40,136 nucleotides of DNA from a virus (Duplodnaviria; Caudoviricetes). The stretch spans positions 1 to 40,136 of the IMG/VR virus record IMGVR_UViG_3300036797_000039; one strand, given 5' to 3'. The first letter of the stretch is position 1. Every line of letters starts with the position of its first letter. The translations under genes were made by a program, and so were the position numbers. Under the pieces are notes generated by a model that saw nothing but the letters and a program-made list of their open reading frames with translations, was not told where the DNA came from and searched no databases. Shown here piece after piece: positions 18,305-27,233 of this stretch.

Positions 18305-19829
18305 GATGACTCATTTTGACGTTCTCCCCGGCGCCCCGCAATGGCTCTTCCGGTCAGTTACTAAGCTCGTTTTTTCGCTGTTACTCACGAGTTACCTTTG
18401 TGTATTGGCCTTCGGCCAGGGTGTTTCCGTCTCGCTCGCGCCGACGCCGCAATTCATGCAGTTCGACCAAAGCGGGCGCCCGCTCGCCTTCGGCTGCGTC
18501 TTTACCTATGCGACCGGGACGACGACGCAGATCCCGACTTACACCGACGTGACCGGCATCACGCAGAATCAAAACCCGGTGATTCTCACCGCCGGCGGGA
18601 CCGCGAACATTTGGGTGCAATCGGGCATTGCTTACACGTTCAAAGTGAAGTCGGCCGGCGGCGTGCAATGCGCCTCGGGCGCGACCCTCTACACCGTGAA
18701 CGGCATCGGCGGCGGCGCCTCTTCGCTCGTGACCGTCGTCGCGTTTAACACGACGCTTACTTTTCAGGACGCATCGCAAAACCAGCTTTTTACGCTCACC
18801 CTTACGGGCAACGCCTCGAGCTTGCCGCTCACCGCGATCGGTGTCTCGCCGCCTGGAATCATCACCTGGCAGATCACGCAAGACGCGGTCGGCAATCGCA
18901 CCTTCGCATGGCCCTCGAACGTCATCGGTGGGTGCACGATCGCCGGCGGAGCGAATCAAGTCTCGACGCAAATGTTTATCTGGAACGGCACGAACGCAAC
19001 CGCGATCGGTCCGTGCGTCACCGGCACCGGCCCGGCACTCAATATCGGCAGCCTACTCGCTACGGGTGCCGTCATCGCGAATTCGTTCACTTCGGGCAAC
19101 CCGAATCCCGCGCTGAGTGGATCCGTGCGCCTGGCCTCGGCCGACTGGATCACATGGCGCAACAACGCGAACAGCGGCGACGTGATCCTCGCAAAAAACG
19201 CTGCGGACAATCTCATTTATCCGAACGGCTTATCGCTCGGCGGCGGGACCGCGCTCGCGACGACCAATCAGAGCGGGACCGGAAATATTTGCATGACGAC
19301 AAACTGCCAGCTCGTTACGCCGGCATTGAATGGCGTCACTGTTTCCGGCACGCCAGCCGCCGGCCAGGGCATTGTTGCAACTAGCCCAACCGCGGCCAGT
19401 TGGGGAAACATTGGATCTTTCAACGCGCCGCAACGCGTCGTACTTGGCTCGCCCGTCGCTCTTCCGATTAACACGCAAACGATCGTCCTCACCGAGAGCG
19501 TCACCTTCCCATCGACGGCCGGAACCTATCGCGCCGATGTGCGCTATGGCGCTTGGGCTACGGTCGGAGCGAATATTTGCTCGGCCGAAGTGATCGACAC
19601 GACGAACAGCCGCGCCTGGGCTTTGAGCGGACAGAACCCCAACGGCTCGGGCTTCGTCGGCTTGTCGGGCTCCGAGATTTCGTCGCAGACTTATGCGGCC
19701 GGCGCGACCGCGACTTTTACTTTGCAGCTCGCGTGCAACGCGGCAAGCACCGCCACGATTAACGGCTCTTTCAGCTTCTCGCCGCAGGAGCCGACCTATC
19801 TCTCTGTAACTCCAGTTTTGAGCAACTAA
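18303..19829 (+). CDS. Tailspike/tail fibre with podovirus head-binding domain and predicted signal peptide
   Basis: FDQSGRPLAFGCVFTYATGTTT..TYTD..NPVIL..ANIW; preceded by KLVFSLLLTSYLCVLAFG|Q. Confidence 0.8.
   Translation: MMTHFDVLPGAPQWLFRSVTKLVFSLLLTSYLCVLAFGQGVSVSLAPTPQFMQFDQSGRPLAFGCVFTYATGTTTQIPTYTDVTGITQNQNPVILTAGGTANIWVQSGIAYTFKVKSAGGVQCASGATLYTVNGIGGGASSLVTVVAFNTTLTFQDASQNQLFTLTLTGNASSLPLTAIGVSPPGIITWQITQDAVGNRTFAWPSNVIGGCTIAGGANQVSTQMFIWNGTNATAIGPCVTGTGPALNIGSLLATGAVIANSFTSGNPNPALSGSVRLASADWITWRNNANSGDVILAKNAADNLIYPNGLSLGGGTALATTNQSGTGNICMTTNCQLVTPALNGVTVSGTPAAGQGIVATSPTAASWGNIGSFNAPQRVVLGSPVALPINTQTIVLTESVTFPSTAGTYRADVRYGAWATVGANICSAEVIDTTNSRAWALSGQNPNGSGFVGLSGSEISSQTYAAGATATFTLQLACNAASTATINGSFSFSPQEPTYLSVTPVLSN
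18313..18341 (-). promoter_or_regulatory. Putative promoter for the cREC gene
   Basis: TTGCGG-17 bp-CAAAAT, 8 nt before the ATG. Confidence 0.45.
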
Positions 19830-19848
19830 AAGGAAAGGAATTTTCCCA

Positions 19849-20244
19849 ATGCAATTCCGCCGCATTCTCTCTTTGCTGTTATTCGTCGCGCTCGTCATCG
19901 CCTCGCCGAAGGGATCCGCGCAGTCGATGAGCACGGCCGGCCCCTTCGTCATCTCGAGCGGCACGAGTCGGTGCGCTCCGATCGACACAACCGCGGACGC
20001 CGTCGTCGGCATTTACGTGAGCGGAACCTTCGTCGCCACGTTGCAGCCCGAAGTCTCGATCCAGGGGCAGGCCGCAGTTAACACGCAAGTCACGCCGTCC
20101 ACTTCGTCGACGCCGCAAGCCACCATCACCGCGGCCGGCGGTTATACGGCGAACGTCGCCGGCTACGACAAATTTCTCGTGTGCGTGACCGCCTACACGT
20201 CGGGCAGCGCGACGATCTATCTCAACGCAACCCCGCGCCACTAG
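19849..20244 (+). CDS. Small virion-associated protein with Sec signal peptide
   Basis: MQFRR + hydrophobic stretch + GSA|Q; SGTFVATLQ and TAYTSG motifs; lies in the tail module. Confidence 0.75.
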   Translation: MQFRRILSLLLFVALVIASPKGSAQSMSTAGPFVISSGTSRCAPIDTTADAVVGIYVSGTFVATLQPEVSIQGQAAVNTQVTPSTSSTPQATITAAGGYTANVAGYDKFLVCVTAYTSGSATIYLNATPRH

Positions 20245-20276
20245 AAACACCGGAAAGCCCGATCGGATTCTCTTAA

Positions 20277-23066
20277 ATGAAAAAACTATTGTTGTCTTTT
20301 GTCGTGCTGCTCGCTGCGATCCCGGCCGTTGCGCAAAACGTGCGCTATGACGCTCCCTTCCCTTCCGTCTCGTCGACCACCGCGACGCCGTACTTAGTCG
20401 CAAACACCGCGCCGAATTCTCCGATCCTCGCAGTTTGCAACTCGCCGGCGAATGCCGTGCCTTGCACGAACTACGCGACGACGTACAACTCCGCCGGCGC
20501 CGCCTGTTCGAATGGTGCGCAAGATACGCCGCAACCGCAACCCTCGAGCTGTCAGCCGACGGGCGACGCGCAAGGCAACATCGGGTTTTGGGCGCCGGCC
20601 GGCAAATACGATTACACGGTCTGCATTTCGGGAACAGTCTCATGCTTCGGCCCCTACACCGTGACGCTCGGCCTCACGTCGACCGGCGGCGGCACTGTCA
20701 CCGGCGCGACCGCGGGCGGCGGCCTAGTTGCCGCCGGCGGCGGCACGACGCTCGGTTTGTCGAGTTGTAGTGCGAACCAAGTCCAACTATCGAACGGCTC
20801 CGCCTGGGCATGCGGCAAACAGATTCCCGTTACAACCGTCGCCGGCCTCGCGAGCGTGCTCGGATTAGGAAACGGCTCGCTCGCCGTCGTAACAGACGGC
20901 TCGAGCTCGAGCGATTGCACCGCCGGCAGCGGCAGCACTACCCTTCTCTGCAAATACAACGGTTCGGTTTGGTCGGCCGTCGGCGGCACAACCTTTGCGA
21001 CGCTCGGCCCCGGCACGAATAACTCAGCCGCGATGGTCACCGGCACCGGCTCGAATCACTCAACGTCGGGATCCGGACAGATCGCCGCAAGTCAAACCTG
21101 GGCGCCGAATATCAACATCCAAAAGCCGACCGTGACGACGAGCGGAACCGGCGCCGGCGGCAGTTTTGCGAACGGGCACTCCGCGCTCGTGCAGATTACC
21201 TTCAACACCGCGACGGGCGAAACCCTCGCCGGTCCGCTCGCTGCGGGCGTCGCCTGCGCCGCCGGCGGCGGATGCACCGCCACCGTGACCGCGCCAACGA
21301 TCCCGGCCGGCTATACCGGGTACACGGTTTACTCCTGCGACGAATCGAACAGCTCGACCTGCGCGATCGGTTCCCTCTCGCGCCAGACCGCGCTCGCCGC
21401 CTGCGTCAACATCACGACGAGCTGCGTGATTTCGACTCCCGGAGCTGGTTCGGCGGCGCCGACCGTGACGACCGCCTTCGTGCAGCCGCCGAATCTTCAG
21501 GCTTCCGATTGCCCGCCCTCGGTTTTGCCCACAGGATTCATCCAGACGAATGACGGCAACTACCACACACAATCGGGCGTCTCGACGCCCACCACGAACG
21601 GGCTCACCGGCGTTCTCGTCGATTGCCGGCAGCACTTCTTCACCGATTACGGTGCGGCGACGAATCCCGCGCGCGCCAGCTCGGAACCGATTGCCTACAA
21701 CAATTCGTTCATGGCGATCAACCACCTTTTCGGCCAGTACACATCGACCACAAACCAGGACCGGGCACTTTCCATCTGGGCGACGAACCCGGCAAATGAC
21801 TCCTCGACGCGCTACGCCATGGAAGGCTTGCAGATCGAGAACGACTTCAACTGCAACGGCTGCACGATCAACGGAAGCCCGGACGGCGAAGTCACGAACC
21901 TGAGCTTGCAGTTTCAGGACACCGCGGCAACCAACTTCACTCCGCCGAGTCTAGGCATGAACGTGATCCGGGCCGAGTACTACAAGGCAGGGCCGGGGGC
22001 GACGACCAGCGCAAACTACAACATCCTGAACGCGATCTTTCAGATCAACGACAACACCTTCCAGAACGGGGATATCCTCAGCGGCCTCAAATTTCAAGTG
22101 TCCTCGTCTACCAGCACGACGACGAACAACGTGGCGACGGCCGCGGTGCTGAATCTTTTCAACACCACGAAGCAGTTCACGAACGGGCAATTTGCGTTGT
22201 ACTCATCCGGCGTCCCGCTCGGCGCGAACAATTACTTGATCCGCAACGACGGCGCTGGAGTCCCGTCTTTACTGAATGGCCCGGCGACTCTCTCCGCCAT
22301 CCTCAACAATAATGCCGCCGCGCTGCCCGTCACCGGATCGACCGTCGTCACCCCTTCGGTCACGGTCAACCAAGCCTCGGTTCTCGCCCCTTTGAACGCG
22401 ACCTGCACCGGCGGCGCCAGCAGCTACTCCTACTTCTTTGTCGGAGTCGATGGGAACGGCGGGCAGTTCGTAAGTACAGCCGGCGCGAGTTGCAACACCG
22501 GTACGAACCCGCTCACGAGCGGGAACCCGGCATCGGTGAACAATAACCTTTTATCGAACGTCGTCGGGCAGTTTGTCCGCATCGATGTCTACCGCACCGC
22601 CGGCCCCATGGCACTCGGTAAAATCGGCAGCCTCACCTGCGCCGCCACGGCAGCCGCGACACCCCCTTGCGCGACGAACTTTCTCGACACCGGCCTCGCC
22701 GCCGGCGCCGCGATTCCAACCGCGAACACGACCGGCACGGTCGCAGCGCAGGGATATTTGACGACGACGAATTGCGCGGTCAATAGCGCATCGCCCGCCG
22801 CGTGCGGATCGGCGACTTCCGGCGCCGTCGTGATTCCGACGACGACGACGACCTACACCGTCAACACGACGCAGATCACGGCGGCGAGCCGCATCCAGCT
22901 CACCTGGCTCACCTTCGCTTCGAATCTTCCGAGCGCGCCGACGTGCGTCGCGCCCTCGACGACCACTATGCCCACGATCTCGAACATCGTCGCCGGGACG
23001 AGCTTTACTATCGCGCTCACTTCGACGACCGGACAGACCTGCCCGCAGTTCGAGATCTTCAACTAA
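20277..23066 (+). CDS. Cys-rich tail fibre/receptor-binding protein with Sec signal peptide
   Basis: MKKLLLSFVVLLAAIPAVA|Q; 929 aa, Thr/Ser/Gly-rich; about 28 Cys, mostly in close pairs. Confidence 0.8.
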   Translation: MKKLLLSFVVLLAAIPAVAQNVRYDAPFPSVSSTTATPYLVANTAPNSPILAVCNSPANAVPCTNYATTYNSAGAACSNGAQDTPQPQPSSCQPTGDAQGNIGFWAPAGKYDYTVCISGTVSCFGPYTVTLGLTSTGGGTVTGATAGGGLVAAGGGTTLGLSSCSANQVQLSNGSAWACGKQIPVTTVAGLASVLGLGNGSLAVVTDGSSSSDCTAGSGSTTLLCKYNGSVWSAVGGTTFATLGPGTNNSAAMVTGTGSNHSTSGSGQIAASQTWAPNINIQKPTVTTSGTGAGGSFANGHSALVQITFNTATGETLAGPLAAGVACAAGGGCTATVTAPTIPAGYTGYTVYSCDESNSSTCAIGSLSRQTALAACVNITTSCVISTPGAGSAAPTVTTAFVQPPNLQASDCPPSVLPTGFIQTNDGNYHTQSGVSTPTTNGLTGVLVDCRQHFFTDYGAATNPARASSEPIAYNNSFMAINHLFGQYTSTTNQDRALSIWATNPANDSSTRYAMEGLQIENDFNCNGCTINGSPDGEVTNLSLQFQDTAATNFTPPSLGMNVIRAEYYKAGPGATTSANYNILNAIFQINDNTFQNGDILSGLKFQVSSSTSTTTNNVATAAVLNLFNTTKQFTNGQFALYSSGVPLGANNYLIRNDGAGVPSLLNGPATLSAILNNNAAALPVTGSTVVTPSVTVNQASVLAPLNATCTGGASSYSYFFVGVDGNGGQFVSTAGASCNTGTNPLTSGNPASVNNNLLSNVVGQFVRIDVYRTAGPMALGKIGSLTCAATAAATPPCATNFLDTGLAAGAAIPTANTTGTVAAQGYLTTTNCAVNSASPAACGSATSGAVVIPTTTTTYTVNTTQITAASRIQLTWLTFASNLPSAPTCVAPSTTTMPTISNIVAGTSFTIALTSTTGQTCPQFEIFN

Positions 23067-23108
23067 GACTTACTAACCGCACTTACTAAGTGTCTTTCTC
23101 ACCTTTTT

Positions 23109-23522
23109 ATGTGGACCTACGTTCAACGCACCGGAGAGCTCTGGCACGGCGACATCGTCATCGGGCGCGGCTACAGCGGCGCGGGCGAGGGGAAAAACAA
23201 TCCCGCAAAAGAAGCGGTTCACGATGTCGGCCCGATTCCCTGCGGCAAGTGGGAGATCTGCGGCCCGCCCTACGACACCACGAAACACGGCCCCTATGTG
23301 CTTCGCCTTGAACCTGAGCCGGGAACGATCACTTTCGGGCGAACCGGATTTTTGATGCACGGCGATTCGATCGAGCGGCCCGGAACGGCGAGCGAAGGCT
23401 GCATCATTCAGGAGCGCCGGGTGCGCTCGATGGTTTGGCAGAGCGGCGACATCATGCTCGAAGTGGTTGCGGATCTCGCCCCGAAACTTCCCCCACAAAT
23501 TGCAGAGGAGAAAACTTTATGA
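23109..23522 (+). CDS. Tlde1/DUF2778-like L,D-transpeptidase-fold enzyme, probable endolysin
   Basis: GYSG..NNP..GPIP.G.W, GRTGFLMHGD...ASEGCI (His/Cys dyad); next to the holin. Confidence 0.85.
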   Translation: MWTYVQRTGELWHGDIVIGRGYSGAGEGKNNPAKEAVHDVGPIPCGKWEICGPPYDTTKHGPYVLRLEPEPGTITFGRTGFLMHGDSIERPGTASEGCIIQERRVRSMVWQSGDIMLEVVADLAPKLPPQIAEEKTL

Positions 23523-24064
23523 GCTTCACCGACGTTCTGAAAAAGAGCTTCCCTTTCATCTCGGCCGCGGCCTCGCTCGGCGGTCCGATCGGCACGATGG
23601 CAGCGACGCTCGTCGGAAAAGCGATCGGCGTCGACAAAGTCGCACCGACGGCCGAGGGGATCTCGAACGCGATCGCAACCGCGCTCGCGGATCCGGCGCA
23701 ACGCGCCGCGCTGATTCAAGCCGAGCAACAATTTCAAGCGCAGATGGCGGAGCTCGGCTACAAAGACGCCGAAGCACTGGCAGCGACGGCCGCGGCCGAT
23801 CGCGAGAGCGCCCGACAAATGCAGATCGTAACGCGCTCCTGGCTACCCGGCACGCTCGCGCTCGTCGTGACGCTCGGCTTTTTCGGGCTCTTGTCTCTCT
23901 GCGCGTTTCGCACCGTGCCGGTAGGCAGCGAGAAGATCCTCGACGTGATGACCGGCTCGCTCGGCACGGCCTGGATCATGATCGTGACGTACTACTTCGG
24001 GAGCTCCGCTGGCAGCGACCGCAAGACGGAACTGCTCGCCCAGGCGCCGGCGATCGCAAAATAA
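23519..24064 (+). CDS. Holin-like membrane protein
   Basis: GAGGAG SD; LGGPIG, DRESARQMQ, two TM segments, YYFGSS.GS. Confidence 0.8.
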   Translation: MSFTDVLKKSFPFISAAASLGGPIGTMAATLVGKAIGVDKVAPTAEGISNAIATALADPAQRAALIQAEQQFQAQMAELGYKDAEALAATAAADRESARQMQIVTRSWLPGTLALVVTLGFFGLLSLCAFRTVPVGSEKILDVMTGSLGTAWIMIVTYYFGSSAGSDRKTELLAQAPAIAK

Positions 24065-24085
24065 ATTCACTAGGAGAAAACAACC

Positions 24086-24289
24086 ATGTTCGCAGCTCTC
24101 ATCGCAATTTCCATCCTCTGCGCCTTCGCGGCCGGCGTCGTCTTCCATCGCTACGCAATCAGCGACGTGCAAAGCGCGAAGAATTACGTCGTCAACGCCG
24201 CCGACGAGATCAAGGCGCACGTGACCGCAGCCGAGACGCGGATCCGCGTCGACGTGCAATCCGTTGTCTCGACCACAAAGAAGCTCTAA
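24086..24289 (+). CDS. Small single-TM protein (possible lysis accessory)
   Basis: AGGAG SD; N-terminal TM followed by a helical tail. Confidence 0.6.
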   Translation: MFAALIAISILCAFAAGVVFHRYAISDVQSAKNYVVNAADEIKAHVTAAETRIRVDVQSVVSTTKKL

Positions 24290-24675
24290 CTCGCTTCTCT
24301 CAACCGTTTCGGAGGCGACAGGATCTCGGGCTCGGGCAGCGCTTCCATAATTTCTGCTTCCGAGATCCGGCCTTCGTGCTCGATCACGAGCTCGAACATG
24401 CGCCCCATTGCGACCTGGGTTTCGACGCGGTGCATCCCGACGAGATTGCGGATCATGTGGTAAGCCGCGAAGTTGAAAAAATCCATTTCGCTCGGGCTCG
24501 GCTTGACCGCCATCACCATGACGCACGACGGGCAAATGTAGACCGTCGGCGCGCCCTGTTTTCGGCGCGGCTTCACGCCGATCGTTTGGCAGAACATAAA
24601 AACCGAGATCCCTTTGTCGGAAATCTCGACCATCGACCCGCAGCGGCGGCATGTGGTACGGTCCCGATTTGCCAT
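24286..24675 (-). CDS. Zn-binding hypothetical protein
   Basis: CRRC...ICPSC; G-rich SD. Confidence 0.65.
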   Translation of the reverse strand: MANRDRTTCRRCGSMVEISDKGISVFMFCQTIGVKPRRKQGAPTVYICPSCVMVMAVKPSPSEMDFFNFAAYHMIRNLVGMHRVETQVAMGRMFELVIEHEGRISEAEIMEALPEPEILSPPKRLREAS

Positions 24676-24692
24676 CAAAACCCCCTCTAAGG

Positions 24693-24714
24693 CGTGCTAG
24701 CACGTGCTAGCACG
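24693..24714. promoter_or_regulatory. Perfect 22-bp palindrome, probable operator
   Basis: cgtgctagcacgtgctagcacg between divergent genes. Confidence 0.6.
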
Positions 24715-24911
24715 GATTAAACCACACAGATCGACGCCGGCGGAAGCCGGTGACTAAAGGCATCTTTCCAGTAAACAGCGGCGCGACTAGATTGACGCTC
24801 ATGTTTACCGATTGTGAAAAGACGCAAGCGCCGCCCGCCCTAGATCGCGATCGCATTATATCGCGTCGTGAATCTGATTCCGCTTGCGGACAGATCAGCA
24901 CCGCCCGCCCG

Positions 24912-25133
24912 ATGACCGATGCCGAAGTTTTGGCCGAGCTCTTCCGCTACCACCCGCCGACGGCCGAGACGCTTCCGAAATACGCCGCCATCAATCAAGC
25001 GGCGAAAAACTTCGCGGAAGTCATTTTGCAAAATTGCCGGCCAGGCGCCGACCGGAGCGAGGCGATCCGCTGCATTCAAAACGCGCGCATGACCGCGAAT
25101 CGCGCGATCGCGCTCAACGGCCTAAGTCTCTAA
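24912..25133 (+). CDS. Acb2/Tad1-hairpin-like protein (candidate immune-signal sponge)
   Basis: FRYHPP..YAAI..AK.FA.VI..C..DRSEAI..IQNARMTANRAIA. Confidence 0.7.
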   Translation: MTDAEVLAELFRYHPPTAETLPKYAAINQAAKNFAEVILQNCRPGADRSEAIRCIQNARMTANRAIALNGLSL

Positions 25134-25137
25134 CCGC

Positions 25138-25551
25138 ATGACAATCGCCGCCGCCAAAGAAACCGTCGTTGTCACGAAGGCCGAGCTCGAGGAGCTCGCC
25201 GAGTGGGAGAAAAAATACTCCGACGCGACGAAGAAGCAGACCGCGGCCGAAAAAGAACTGAAATTCCGCCGGCAGCAGCTCGCCGAAAAAGTTTTAGGCG
25301 TCACGTCGTCGGATGAATTGAAAGCGCTCTCGCCCGAACAGATCGCACGCCGCCAGGCGAAGCGACTCGAGGCCGGCGATTGGCGCCCTGGTGCCAATGC
25401 ACCGGAATTTCAATTCGTGAAGACAAGTTCCGGATCGTATCCGGCCTGGAAGAAGTTTTACATCGACGAACTCGGCGAGACCGCGGCCTCGCGGATCGCG
25501 GCCGACGCTCCCACTGTCTACTCCTACCGCGTTGAAGTTTCCGCGCAGTAA
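25138..25551 (+). CDS. Hypothetical coiled-coil protein
   Basis: ORF immediately after the Acb2-like gene. Confidence 0.7.
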   Translation: MTIAAAKETVVVTKAELEELAEWEKKYSDATKKQTAAEKELKFRRQQLAEKVLGVTSSDELKALSPEQIARRQAKRLEAGDWRPGANAPEFQFVKTSSGSYPAWKKFYIDELGETAASRIAADAPTVYSYRVEVSAQ

Positions 25552-25703
25552 GTCCCGTAATTCCCTCCCGCGCGACCCCTAGTTTTCCACTTTTGCACCG
25601 GGATAATCACCTCTCGCCGCGCATTTCCGTGTTCTCCGGCGCTCAGTGCGGGTGTACGATGCGGGCTGAAAGCAGTCAAATTCCAGTTTTGCGGAGGTAC
25701 GTT

Positions 25704-25922
25704 ATGGACGAAGGCACGACACCCACGATTCCCCTCAGCGACGTTGCGATGACGATCAAAAACGAGGCCAAGCGCACGACGGAGCCGCCGGGCAAGGCCG
25801 CACTCTACCGGCTCGCCGAAGGCATCGGCACGAAGATCGCCGAGCACAACCGCAAATTCGACACCGGCCAATGGCTCACGCAATGCGGAGTCGACAATTT
25901 CAAACCGGCCGTCGCCGCCTGA
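25704..25922 (+). CDS. Small phage protein (N.xFD..[FW]L..CG motif)
   Basis: GGAGG SD before ATG 25704. Confidence 0.7.
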   Translation: MDEGTTPTIPLSDVAMTIKNEAKRTTEPPGKAALYRLAEGIGTKIAEHNRKFDTGQWLTQCGVDNFKPAVAA

Positions 25923-25974
25923 AACCTCTGGGGCGTCTGACTCGGCAACTCGAACACAAAATCTAAATTTCCCG

Positions 25975-26017
25975 ACACCCGGCGAGGATCGCGACCTCGA
26001 CCGGGTGTTTTGTTTTT
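25975..26017 (+). terminator. Rho-independent terminator
   Basis: acacccggcgagg/cctcgaccgggtgt stem followed by ttTgttttt. Confidence 0.75.
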
Positions 26018-26159
26018 GGGGTTTGGTGTTGCAGTTGCTTTCGCGCTCCCCAGCGAGCCGTTGGGGTTGCTCCTCCAAAAAAATGCTTTTTTAGGGTTTA
26101 GATCGCGCGCGGGTTTTGCGCGCCGCCGTAGTGCTCTTGCGGTTGGTGTTGGGTTTGAA

Positions 26160-26290
26160 CTCCCGAGGGGGTAAGGGGGTGTTTTCAATCTTTCTTTAAA
26201 TCTAAAAGCTTTTTTGGGTGTGAATGTTACACCGGTACCCGATCGAAATTTTCACCGGTGCACACGTTGCACTGGTGTGAAAGTTGCACC
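26160..26290. other. Putative replication origin: four 17-bp iterons plus an AT-rich tract
   Basis: Repeats at 26217-26233, 26240-26256, 26257-26273 and 26274-26290; AT-rich 26181-26215; ggggtaaggggg motif. Confidence 0.7.
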
Positions 26291-26421
26291 CCTGTCACAG
26301 GAAAGCCGATCACTGCAGGCGATTTCGTGAAGCAGTTCGTTTTCTATCGGTAGTTAGCGGCGATCAACGAGTGGGGCGCGTTTTCTGTGCGGCGGCGAAC
26401 CAAGAGCGCCAACGAATAGGC

Positions 26422-26450
26422 TTGACAGAGTAAGTCCTTACGGATAGCGT
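26422..26450 (+). promoter_or_regulatory. Sigma70 promoter of the replication operon (leaderless)
   Basis: TTGACA-17 bp-TAGCGT, 7 nt before ATG 26458; gtaag-tc-cttac inverted repeat in the spacer. Confidence 0.65.
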
Positions 26451-26457
26451 TGCCCTC

Positions 26458-26781
26458 ATGAAATGTGCAGCCGAGGATTGCGACCACGTTTTTTCTCCCC
26501 GGGTTCGAACGCAACGCTACTGCTCGCAGAGATGCAGCAACCGTATAGCTCAGGCCCAATGGAGACGGAGGCACGGCTCCCAGGCCCCGCCTTCGCCAAA
26601 CGGCGGCGGCCCCGATGGCGGCGGCGGAAACGATCTCGTGCTCGAACTCGCCGAAGGTGTGAGCGCGAAAAAGTTTCGCATGATACCTGTTATCGGACCT
26701 GCCGAGTCCGAGCAACCCAAGCCCTCGAAGTCAGTCCGTTGTTACGAAAACGGGAGGCCGAGCCTTGCAGCCGCCGCCTAA
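26458..26781 (+). CDS. CGNR-type Zn-finger protein
   Basis: C....C...F......QRYCSQRC.NR...WRRR. Confidence 0.7.
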   Translation: MKCAAEDCDHVFSPRVRTQRYCSQRCSNRIAQAQWRRRHGSQAPPSPNGGGPDGGGGNDLVLELAEGVSAKKFRMIPVIGPAESEQPKPSKSVRCYENGRPSLAAAA

Positions 26782-26819
26782 CCCGTTTCCGGCCCTAGCC
26801 TTCCAACTCGGAGGGCTGA

Positions 26820-27194
26820 ATGGCCGAAGCCCGTTTGCGACGGGTAACAGAGCGGATTCTCTCGCACCTGCAGGAAGCCGAGAACCGCGAACCGAACCCC
26901 GATTTTCAGGACGCCTTTCGTCTCGCCTGGATCACCGTACTCCATGCCGCTCGCGGCGAAGCCCAGCCCTTCGTGAGCGCTCACTACCGGGTCTACGGAC
27001 TGCATCCGGACAAGCTTCGCATCGCAGTCGAAGCCCGACGACGCGCCCAGCTCGGCCCCCTTTACGAATTTTTCTACCCGGAGAGCCCGTTTCATTTTGT
27101 CGGCGATCTCACGGCGCTGCCCCCGAAAAAGCAGGTCGAGTCAGTAAGGTTTGAGAGCGGCCTGAGAGCAAAGAAAAACGGCACAGAATCGTAA
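26820..27194 (+). CDS. Hypothetical protein
   Basis: GGAGG SD. Confidence 0.7.
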   Translation: MAEARLRRVTERILSHLQEAENREPNPDFQDAFRLAWITVLHAARGEAQPFVSAHYRVYGLHPDKLRIAVEARRRAQLGPLYEFFYPESPFHFVGDLTALPPKKQVESVRFESGLRAKKNGTES

Positions 27195-27233
27195 GTTCCG
27201 TGCCGCTGCAAAACGCGTTGATATGGCCTCAAC
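27170..27233 (-). ncRNA. Predicted antisense sRNA over the start of the replication gene
   Basis: Minus-strand TTGGAC-17-TATGCT (27268-27240) and a hairpin at 27179-27205 followed by a U-tract. Confidence 0.5.

Noticed and set aside
23467-24690. 407-aa ORF across the lysis region
   Set aside because: Arg-rich off-frame shadow of the holin and neighbouring genes, typical of high-GC DNA.
24820-24910. Riboswitch or structured RNA upstream of the Acb2-like gene
   Set aside because: Only short hairpins and a ccgcccgccc duplication; no recognisable family consensus.
25805-26188. MKTPPYPLG ORF as an initiator fragment
   Set aside because: Low-complexity translation of the skewed origin flank; it runs through a terminator and opposes a gene with a good SD.
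26217-26290. CRISPR-like mini-array
   Set aside because: The repeats are 17 bp, degenerate and abutting, with no spacers or cas genes; iterons fit better.
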